The position numbers and the translations under genes are program-made. The notes under the pieces are model-generated. The model saw only the letters and a list, made by a program, of their open reading frames with translations. It ran no database searches and was not told the DNA's origin. A stretch of 33,304 bases of DNA, from positions 1 to 33,304 of the IMG/VR virus record IMGVR_UViG_3300027785_000073; one strand, given 5' to 3'. Position 1 is the stretch's first letter, and the number at the start of each line of letters is the position of its first letter. The stretch comes from a virus. Taxonomy: Duplodnaviria; Caudoviricetes. Positions 27,219-33,304 of the stretch are shown one piece after another.

Positions 27219-27584
27219 TTAGTCTTTCAGAGTTACGGATGGTTTTGCGGGTTTGGATGTAAAAAATTTAGCGGCCTCTGCATATGCAGGGGCATCGAGT
27301 TCTTGTAAGGCACGAAGCTGACGCAGATCAACATCTGGCTTCCAGCGAAATGCTTTCTGAACATTGGCTCCAAGCATCTCGAACACAGCAGACAAGGCTT
27401 CTGCATCGACTGTGCGAGTTAGTTTCCAAGCGATGGAGAACTCTTCATCATTGTGCGTACCCTCACCACCATCTGGCGTGGCGTAAAGAGCAAGAATCTT
27501 GTTCTCCACATCGAGGCGGTTCTTCTTGGCAGTTTCCTCCGCCATTTTTGCGGCTCTTAATTCCGCAACAAGTTTAGTAATCAT
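27219..27584 (-). CDS. Hypothetical protein of the recombination cluster, 121 aa
   Basis: Well-formed ORF in operon order (AFRWKPDVDL, KPAKPSV). Confidence 0.7.
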   Translation of the reverse strand: MITKLVAELRAAKMAEETAKKNRLDVENKILALYATPDGGEGTHNDEEFSIAWKLTRTVDAEALSAVFEMLGANVQKAFRWKPDVDLRQLRALQELDAPAYAEAAKFFTSKPAKPSVTLKD

Positions 27585-27813
27585 TGGAGTTTTCCTTCAT
27601 GTCTTCAAGGGCGGATTCGCAGATGTGATCCACAAGGGATTGCATAAGCAAGTGGGCGATGTCAACGCCATTGGTGGTGGCGTTCACAAGGTTCATGCAC
27701 TCCTCTATGTCGGGTGCGTCTGGGTAGTTTTCTTCTGCTGGTTCATACTCCAACTTGCATTGGAGTTCGACACCTTCAACCTCACAGTTGAATTGATAGA
27801 GGTCTGGGGTCAT
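27574..27813 (-). CDS. Acidic hypothetical early protein, 79 aa
   Basis: Start ATG 27813 (MTPDLYQF) overlaps the upstream TGA; very D/E-rich. Confidence 0.65.
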   Translation of the reverse strand: MTPDLYQFNCEVEGVELQCKLEYEPAEENYPDAPDIEECMNLVNATTNGVDIAHLLMQSLVDHICESALEDMKENSNDY

Positions 27814-27896
27814 GCTGACCACCATGCCACCAAGAGCCATGCAAAGCCTACTGCCACCAGCGTGGCGGCGAGAATGTCTTTGAGGGTTTGTTTCAT
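27810..27896 (-). CDS. Single-TM micropeptide, 28 aa (not in the ORF track)
   Basis: MKQTLKDILAATLVAVGFAWLLVAWWSA; RBS AGGAG; ATGA overlap. Confidence 0.65.
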   Translation of the reverse strand: MKQTLKDILAATLVAVGFAWLLVAWWSA

Positions 27897-27926
27897 TTCA
27901 ATTCTCCTGTAAAGGTTGAAAGGGAT

Positions 27927-27940
27927 GGGGCTTGCGCCCC
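27927..27940 (-). promoter_or_regulatory. GNRA-tetraloop RNA hairpin between the first and second early genes
   Basis: GGGGC-GCAA-GCCCC on the - strand, with no clean U-tract after it. Confidence 0.6.
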
Positions 27941-27956
27941 TAAGAGATGCTGTTAT

Positions 27957-28178
27957 TTAAAGTTGCTTTAATGCTTCAGAAACTTCATCTAATCTATAGC
28001 CAAGTGAAATTTTGCGACCGCTATAGGTGTAGTACCAAGTGCCATTTGAATGAATCATAAATTTTTCCCCGCTGTTGCCTGTGCCTGTCCATAAGGGCTT
28101 AGTGCGGCTGAATACTCCAATGGGGTGGCGAATAATATTTTCAAACTTTGTTTTTTTGAAATTTGTTTCGGTGTTCAT
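27957..28178 (-). CDS. Hypothetical protein, first gene of the leftward early operon, 73 aa
   Basis: RBS AAAGGAA; lies directly downstream of the predicted leftward promoter. Confidence 0.65.
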   Translation of the reverse strand: MNTETNFKKTKFENIIRHPIGVFSRTKPLWTGTGNSGEKFMIHSNGTWYYTYSGRKISLGYRLDEVSEALKQL

Positions 28179-28244
28179 TTCGTTTCCTTTGGTTGACCTT
28201 GCGGCGTGATGTGCAGAGAACCTATTTCCCTGCCCATGACCAGA

Positions 28245-28253
28245 ATTCTAGCA
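28245..28253 (-). promoter_or_regulatory. Leftward early promoter, extended -10 (TGcTAGAAT)
   Basis: The - strand reads TTTTTTGCTAGAAT, close to TGnTATAAT, ~65 nt upstream of ATG 28178. The -35 region is weak. Confidence 0.6.
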
Positions 28254-28263
28254 AAAAACTAGA
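28247..28263. promoter_or_regulatory. 17-bp palindromic operator 1 (TCTAGCAAAAAACTAGA)
   Basis: One of three related TCTAG-N7-(C/A)TAGA sites; overlaps the leftward -10. Confidence 0.7.
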
Positions 28264-28267
28264 GGTT

Positions 28268-28284
28268 TCTAGCGTTTTGATAGA
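28268..28284. promoter_or_regulatory. 17-bp palindromic operator 2 (TCTAGCGTTTTGATAGA)
   Basis: 21-bp centre-to-centre from operator 1; covers the leftward -35 position. Confidence 0.7.
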
Positions 28285-28335
28285 AATATTTAAAAATAAT
28301 TCCTATCGGTATCCCTAATAGGGTTTGCACCTATA

Positions 28336-28364
28336 TCTACAGAGTTCTATCTTTCTGCTAGACT
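28336..28364 (+). promoter_or_regulatory. Rightward promoter for the Cro-like gene and primase-helicase
   Basis: TCTACA-17 nt-TAGACT, with a TG extension at 28356-57. Confidence 0.55.
28346..28362. promoter_or_regulatory. 17-bp palindromic operator 3 (TCTATCTTTCTGCTAGA)
   Basis: Reverse complement TCTAGCAGAAAGATAGA matches operator 2 in both 6-bp arms; overlaps the rightward -10. Confidence 0.7.
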
Positions 28365-28373
28365 CGCTACCCT

Positions 28374-28595
28374 ATGAACATACCTCACATTTCCCCCGAA
28401 GAACGCAGAGAGTTGGCTGAAAAGGTTGGACTCTCAGAACAATATATCTACCAATGCCTGACAGGAAGGCGAGAAATGAGTGCTTGGCAGGCTGTCTGGG
28501 TTGAGCAAGAGTCTGGTGGCAAGATCACCAGAAAGATGCTTTGTCAGGGGTCTTGGCAGGCGATTTGGCCTGAACTGGTGGAGGCACAAGCATGA
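28374..28595 (+). CDS. Cro-like helix-turn-helix regulator (YdaS/Cro type), 73 aa
   Basis: HTH RRELAEKVGLSEQYIYQCLTGRR, then ESGGKITRKML...WQAIWPEL. First gene of the divergent rightward operon. Confidence 0.85.
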   Translation: MNIPHISPEERRELAEKVGLSEQYIYQCLTGRREMSAWQAVWVEQESGGKITRKMLCQGSWQAIWPELVEAQA

Positions 28596-30628
28596 GCAGT
28601 CTTACAAACATATTCCCCAACGGCTTTGCCGCGGCCACAGAGAGCCAAGACCTAGTGAGTCCTATCGAGGGATTCACCAAGCATTGCGAGGCACAAGGGC
28701 TTGTGATCAGAGACTTGATCGCAGATGGCGAGATACATCGTGTACCTCATATTTCCTCCAAGAAAGGTGCAGTTGATGGTTGGTATATCTTGCACCTAAG
28801 TGGCAAGATTCCTGTGGGTGTAGCAGGCTGTTGGAAGGAGCCTACCTTTGAGTCCAAGTGGATGGCAGACATTGGTAGATCGATGTCATTCTCTGAACGG
28901 TTAGAGCATGATAAGTGGGTAGGAGAGTTCAAGGCCAAGAGAGAAGCTGACAGGGTGGCAAGCCAACAGGTGGCGGCTGAGAAGGCAGAGGATGAGGTCA
29001 GTACCTATGCTGATGCGAGTGCAGACCATCCTTATTTGGTGAGGAAGAGGATAGAGCCACACGGAATAAAGATTGATCGTGCTGGCAGGCTCGTTGTGCC
29101 TGTGAGTGATAACCAAGGGGAAATCTTGAGTTACCAAACGATTGACGCGGAGGGAAACAAGAGGTTCTTGAAGGGTGGCAAGATTGAGGGTGGTTTCTAT
29201 GAACTCAGAGGCAACAGAAAGGTGATCTTCATTGGTGAAGGTTTCGCAACCTGTGCATCGATTCACCAAGCGACAGGGTTCACCACTCTGGTGGCGTTTG
29301 ACTGTGGCAATCTTGCCAAGGTAGCGAAGAGTGCCAAGGAAATGTTCTTGGGGTCAAGGATCGTGATCTGTGCGGATAATGATCAGTTCACGGAGGGCAA
29401 TCCTGGCATCACTAAGGCAAAAGCGGCGGCAGGGTTGGTGTTTGGGGAAATTGTGTATCCAACATTCAATGAGTCTGATCTGCCTTCTAAGCCAACAGAC
29501 TTCAATGACTTGCATACTCTCCAAGGGATTGAGGCAGTCAAGGAGCAGATTGAGAGAGTGGCTCTGCCTGCCATAGACAAGTTGGCGTTTGAGTTCACCA
29601 GAGCAGATAGTTTGGAACTCACAGAGATAAAGTGGGTGGTGGATGATTACATCGAGGCAGATAGTTTGGCGCAGGTCTTTGGTGATCCAGGCGGTGGAAA
29701 GTCATTTGTCGCAATCGACTTGGCTTGCTGTGTGGCAACTGGCAAACCTTGGCATGGTCACGATGTCAAGCAAGGTAGTGTGTTCTACATCGCTGGTGAA
29801 GGGCATAACGGGCTGGCAAGGCGATTAAAGGCATGGCAGATTGGTAACGGCACATCTCTAGCTGGTGTGCCTCTGTACAAGTCCCATCGTGCGGCGCAGT
29901 TGTACGATGCAACAGAGGCGGCAGTTGTCGCTGAGTCGATAAAGCAGTTGTCAGCAGAGGCTAATTGCATCCCAAGCATGATTGTGATTGATACCTTAGC
30001 CAGAAATCATGGAGGTGACGAGAACTCAACTCAGGATATGAATGCGTTTATTCAGCATCTGGATGTCTACTTAAGACAACCTTGGAAATGCTGTGTCATG
30101 GTGGTTCACCATTCAGGAGTCGCAGACAAAGATCGATCCAGAGGTTCAACAGCCTTGAAAGGCGCATTGGATGCTGAGTACAAGTGCCAACTGGATTCAG
30201 GCACAAAGACTATAGCGTTTGAGAGTAAGAAGATGAAGGATGCGGAAATGCCAAGTCCTAAGAACTTCCAGATCACCCAAGTTGATTTGCCAATCAACAA
30301 CAAAAACGGAATGCCAGTCAAAGGTGCATATCTGACAGCGGTAGATATTAGCGGTCTGGTTAGCCAAGTGCAAAAGAAGACCTATCTCTCACCAAACCAG
30401 AAACAAGTGATGGAATGCTTGGTGATGCTAGAAGTTAGCTTGCACCAGAATCAACAGTTACGGCCAGTTGGATATGACGAGTGGAGAGACTCAGCCAAAG
30501 AGCATGGAGTCAAAAATAACAGATTTTGGGAAGTAGTAAAAAGTATGATATCTAAGGATTTGGTGGTTGAGGTAGATGGTGGTTACAAGAGCAGAAATAG
30601 CCAGCCAAGTGAGGTAAAGGTTGATTGA
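28592..30628 (+). CDS. Primase-helicase fusion (TOPRIM primase + RecA-fold RepA/AAA_25-type helicase), 678 aa
   Basis: TOPRIM motifs HPYL..K.I, IGEGFAT, ICADND, TDFNDL. Helicase motifs GDPGGGKS, YIAGEG, IVIDTL, VVHHSG, RGSTAL. Confidence 0.92.
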   Translation: MSSLTNIFPNGFAAATESQDLVSPIEGFTKHCEAQGLVIRDLIADGEIHRVPHISSKKGAVDGWYILHLSGKIPVGVAGCWKEPTFESKWMADIGRSMSFSERLEHDKWVGEFKAKREADRVASQQVAAEKAEDEVSTYADASADHPYLVRKRIEPHGIKIDRAGRLVVPVSDNQGEILSYQTIDAEGNKRFLKGGKIEGGFYELRGNRKVIFIGEGFATCASIHQATGFTTLVAFDCGNLAKVAKSAKEMFLGSRIVICADNDQFTEGNPGITKAKAAAGLVFGEIVYPTFNESDLPSKPTDFNDLHTLQGIEAVKEQIERVALPAIDKLAFEFTRADSLELTEIKWVVDDYIEADSLAQVFGDPGGGKSFVAIDLACCVATGKPWHGHDVKQGSVFYIAGEGHNGLARRLKAWQIGNGTSLAGVPLYKSHRAAQLYDATEAAVVAESIKQLSAEANCIPSMIVIDTLARNHGGDENSTQDMNAFIQHLDVYLRQPWKCCVMVVHHSGVADKDRSRGSTALKGALDAEYKCQLDSGTKTIAFESKKMKDAEMPSPKNFQITQVDLPINNKNGMPVKGAYLTAVDISGLVSQVQKKTYLSPNQKQVMECLVMLEVSLHQNQQLRPVGYDEWRDSAKEHGVKNNRFWEVVKSMISKDLVVEVDGGYKSRNSQPSEVKVD

Positions 30629-30632
30629 TTTG

Positions 30633-30830
30633 CATCCGAAGTCATCCGAAGTCATCCGAACAAGGATGATTCGGATAATAAGGATAGCATCCGAAACTAT
30701 CATCCGAATCATCCGAAACCATCCGAAACCATCCGAAGTCCACCCTGCCAATCATCCGAATCCTTCCTCCTTAGTCTATAGACTAAGGAAGGTTCGGATG
30801 GCGGATGGATCGGATGATCAGGATCGGATA
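30633..30830. repeat. Iteron-like array (9 x CATCCGAA plus inverted copies) around a perfect 22-bp palindrome; candidate replication origin
   Basis: CATCCGAA at 30633, 30643, 30653, 30688, 30701, 30710, 30720, 30730 and 30753. Palindrome TCCTTAGTCTATAGACTAAGGA at 30768-30789. Inverted CGGAT(G)-type copies at 30670 and 30793-30830. Confidence 0.85.
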
Positions 30831-30873
30831 GGGATTTTGGGGTTGGGCTGTTGTTTGGTGAAGAAGGTAAGAA

Positions 30874-31209
30874 ATGATTGAAATAAGGATAGAAATGAAG
30901 ATTGTCTCAATTGCGAACTTAAGACTACATTGGGCTGTTAAGGCTCGTTTGGCGAAAAGTCAAAGGCAAAAGGCGTTCAAAGCCTTGGCGAGTATTGCTA
31001 CGCCACCACCATTACCCCTGACCTTGGTGCTAACGAGGATTGCGCCTCGCCAGTTGGATGGTGACAACCTTCAGTCGGCGTTCAAAGCTACCCGTGATGG
31101 TGTCGCTGATTGGCTTGGCATAGACGATGGGCATAAACAGCTTGATTGGCAGTACAGGCAAAGAAGCGGTGGTGCGAAGGTTTATGCGGTTGAGTTGGAG
31201 GTTATATGA
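30874..31209 (+). CDS. RusA-like Holliday junction resolvase / endodeoxyribonuclease, 111 aa
   Basis: Acidic catalytic pattern LDGDNLQSAFKATRDGVADWLGIDD (D..N...K...D......DD). Confidence 0.75.
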   Translation: MIEIRIEMKIVSIANLRLHWAVKARLAKSQRQKAFKALASIATPPPLPLTLVLTRIAPRQLDGDNLQSAFKATRDGVADWLGIDDGHKQLDWQYRQRSGGAKVYAVELEVI

Positions 31210-31448
31210 GAGGCAGACCATGCAGAACGGATACTGTCTGGTTTAAGCGCAAACTTGGAGCATCCGAACGGAAAATCCTTTTGGTCGCTGGTCGTGGTGA
31301 TCTGACCCAAGGCTGGAATTCTTTGCTAGAAATTTATCAGAAGCTGTGGAACAACGGATACAGACCCAAGGACGATCTGGATGATTTCTTAGGCGTTGCC
31401 CCGTCTAAGCCAGAAAAACCTGTTGTAGGCGGTTTTAATGCGGTTTGA
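31206..31448 (+). CDS. Hypothetical protein, 80 aa
   Basis: RBS GGAGG and ATGA overlap; N-terminal RGRP motif. Confidence 0.65.
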   Translation: MRGRPCRTDTVWFKRKLGASERKILLVAGRGDLTQGWNSLLEIYQKLWNNGYRPKDDLDDFLGVAPSKPEKPVVGGFNAV

Positions 31449-31558
31449 GAGGGTTTTAACGAACTATTCTCCGTCTGCTGTCAGGTATGGCTGGAATGCA
31501 CCATCCGACCCTTTCCCTTTTCCCGTTTCCCGACCGACTGGTCGGTTAATTAATCCAG

Positions 31559-31645
31559 TTATCCACAGACCAAACGACCAGTTATCCACAATTGCTGTGG
31601 ACTGTGCAGAAACGCAACACAATTCTCTGTATAACCTGTGCATAA
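31559..31645. promoter_or_regulatory. Cluster of DnaA boxes
   Basis: TTATCCACA at 31559-67 and 31582-90. Reverse-strand TTATGCACA at 31637-45. Reverse one-mismatch boxes TTATACAGA (31626-34) and TTCTGCACA (31603-11). Confidence 0.8.
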
Positions 31646-31734
31646 CTACAAAATAACTTTACATAATGAACATAGTATTAAGTAGACCGCCAAAACTGTT
31701 AGGGTTTACCAGTAGGTCTTGCGTTTTGGATGGG

Positions 31735-31782
31735 GGGGAGGGGGTCGGCCTCCGCCAGAGTTTTTACAGTACCCCCCTCCCC
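31735..31782. repeat. G/C-tract inverted repeat upstream of terS
   Basis: GGGGAGGGGG (31735-44) and CCCCCTCCCC (31773-82) with a 28-nt spacer. Confidence 0.75.
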
Positions 31783-31814
31783 TCACAAAAAGGTAAAAGG
31801 AGTAAAATTTTGTT

Positions 31815-32189
31815 ATGAGTGAACTCGAATTGAAAAAAAAGGTTGGCAGACCCAAAGGCGTGAAGAAACTCACTATCCAGCGGTGGGCGGCTAACCCCTC
31901 CCTGTCTTTGCCTAAGACGGATCACCAGAGGATCAAGGAACTCAAAGACCTGATGATCAATTCTGGTGGAAGGGATGTGGCGCAGAAGGTGATAGAGATT
32001 GCGTTGAACGATGACCATCCAGGCCAAATGGCGGCGTTGAAGATGTGTTTGGATAGGACGTTACCGATCACGCTGTTTGACAAGGAAGCCAAGCAACGGA
32101 ATGCGGTAACGATTAACATCACGGGCATTGGCGAGATCAATCACGCCCAAACGATAGATGCGGAAGATGTGGAGGCGAAAGATGTCTGA
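31815..32189 (+). CDS. terS: Terminase small subunit, 124 aa
   Basis: KKVGRPKG N-terminus, AALKMCLDR helix and C-terminal VTINITG strand. RBS AAGGAG; overlaps the terL start. Confidence 0.8.
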   Translation: MSELELKKKVGRPKGVKKLTIQRWAANPSLSLPKTDHQRIKELKDLMINSGGRDVAQKVIEIALNDDHPGQMAALKMCLDRTLPITLFDKEAKQRNAVTINITGIGEINHAQTIDAEDVEAKDV

Positions 32190-33304
32190 CCTGAACTTTT
32201 CTCTTTTACCTTGGCAACAGGATGTTTTTGCTGACAAGACGAGGTTCAAGGTTGTTGCGGCTGGAAGGCGTTGTGGCAAGTCTAGGTTGGCGGCAACGAC
32301 ATTGATTATTGAGGCGTTGAAGTGTCCACAGGGATCAGCTGTGCTGTATGTGAGTCCTACGATGGGGCAATCTAGGCAGATTATTTGGGATTTGCTGTTG
32401 GACATTGGTCGAGAGGTGATCCAAGGTAGTCATGTAAACAACTTAGATATCACGATGATCAATGGCGCAAAGATTTACGTTAGAGGCGCAGACAGACCTG
32501 ATACTCTCCGTGGTGTCAGCTTGACTTACGCTGTACTGGATGAGGTAGCAGACATTAAGCCTGAAGCGTGGGAGCAAGTAATAAGGGCTTCTCTGTCAGA
32601 CAAAAAAGGCAGAGCCATGTTTATTGGGACTCCGAAGGGAAGGAATTGGTTCTATGACCTTTTCAAACTTGGCGAGACTGAGGATGATGATGATTGGAAG
32701 TCTTGGCACTTCACTACCAAAGACAACCCCTTGATTGACCCGACTGAGATTGAGTCTGCCAAGAAAACTTTGTCTACCTTTGCTTTCAAGCAAGAATACA
32801 TGGCTAGTTTCACCAATGCTGGTAGCAATGTGTTCAAGGAAGAATGGATCAAATACGGGGAAGAACCTCAGTATGGCAGTTACTATTTGGCCATTGACTT
32901 GGCTGGGTTTGAGGAAGTTGCCAAACAAGCGGCTAATTCCAAGAAAAGGCTAGATCAGACTGCTATTGCTGTGGTCAAGGTAACTGATGATGGCAAATGG
33001 TTTGTCAAAGAGATTGTGTTTGGGCGCTGGGATATACGGGAGACTGCGGCAACCATTCTGATGAAGATGCGAGATTACCGACCTTTGGCTGTTGGAATTG
33101 AGCGAGGTGCGTTAAAAAATGCAGTTTTGCCGTATTTGTCTGACTTAATGCGTAAAAATAATGTATATTCGCATATCGTTGACTTAACGCATGGCAACAG
33201 GAAAAAGGCTGACAGAATTATCTGGAGCCTCCAAGGTCGATTTGAGCATGGGCGTATTGTGCTGAACTCTGAGGAGGATTGGGATGAATTTAAAGATCAA
33301 CTTC
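32182..33304 (+). CDS. terL: Terminase large subunit, 3'-truncated by the window edge (absent from the ORF track because it has no stop)
   Basis: MSDLNFSLLPWQ...; Walker A AGRRCGKS, Walker B LRGVSLTYAVLDE, motif III IGTPKG.NWFY, FKQEYMASF and nuclease motif LAIDLAG. Confidence 0.95.
   Translation, partial: MSDLNFSLLPWQQDVFADKTRFKVVAAGRRCGKSRLAATTLIIEALKCPQGSAVLYVSPTMGQSRQIIWDLLLDIGREVIQGSHVNNLDITMINGAKIYVRGADRPDTLRGVSLTYAVLDEVADIKPEAWEQVIRASLSDKKGRAMFIGTPKGRNWFYDLFKLGETEDDDDWKSWHFTTKDNPLIDPTEIESAKKTLSTFAFKQEYMASFTNAGSNVFKEEWIKYGEEPQYGSYYLAIDLAGFEEVAKQAANSKKRLDQTAIAVVKVTDDGKWFVKEIVFGRWDIRETAATILMKMRDYRPLAVGIERGALKNAVLPYLSDLMRKNNVYSHIVDLTHGNRKKADRIIWSLQGRFEHGRIVLNSEEDWDEFKDQL

Noticed and set aside
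30633-30830. Repeat array as a mini-CRISPR, given the Cas4-like gene
   Set aside because: Repeats are only 8 nt with mostly 1-5 nt spacers and mixed orientation. There are no 25-45 nt repeats with unique spacers and no cas1/cas2.
30621-30881. 86-aa ORF (and reverse ORF 30491-30751) over the CATCCGAA array
   Set aside because: The low-complexity peptide (IRII, HPKPSE) is a by-product of the DNA repeats. Repeat spacings of 9, 10 and 13 nt and inverted copies argue for a DNA-level element.
31438-31656. 72-aa ORF across the DnaA-box region
   Set aside because: No convincing RBS or protein features; the region is better explained by DNA motifs.
32061-32953. Short ORFs listed in the track within the last 1.2 kb
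   Set aside because: They overlap the terL reading frame (32182 to the window end), which carries clear terminase motifs.
1-33304. Alternative genetic code, tRNA genes, introns or inteins
   Set aside because: Core genes are intact in the standard code with all three stops in use, intergenic gaps are short with no cloverleaf seen, and terL, helicase and primase show no intein-sized insertions.

Overview
The window is almost the whole genome (probably ~35 kb, circularly permuted) of a podovirus-like tailed dsDNA phage of a Gram-negative host; the host type is inferred from the Rz/Rz1 spanins. It starts inside the portal gene and ends inside the terminase large subunit gene. The + strand from 1 to 21766 is the late region: portal, a 4.6-kb fibre/adhesin cassette, scaffold, major capsid, small basic proteins, adaptor, nozzle, short fibre, three ejection-type proteins and an unusually large envelope/lysis block ending in a GH19 endolysin. 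The - strand from 28178 to 21763 is an early recombination operon (Sak4-like ATPase, DUF669-like SSB, Cas4-like nuclease, SF2 helicase, many micro-ORFs). The + strand from 28374 carries a Cro-like HTH, a TOPRIM primase-helicase, a RusA-like resolvase, terS and terL. I see no DNA polymerase, integrase, CI-type repressor, methyltransferase, tRNA, reverse transcriptase or CRISPR array. The most notable signals are mostly cis-acting: (i) a DnaA-box cluster next to an AT-rich tract upstream of terS; (ii) a separate iteron array converging on a perfect 22-bp palindrome just after the primase-helicase; (iii) three 17-bp palindromic operators, two of which overlap divergent extended -10 promoters; (iv) near-total avoidance of GCWGC and CCGG; (v) an apparent ATT start codon; (vi) a four-gene envelope module in addition to the canonical spanins; (vii) an 82-nt-period tandem duplication that may be an assembly seam. 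Product calls come from motif recognition and synteny only, and motif counts are by eye; no searches were run.
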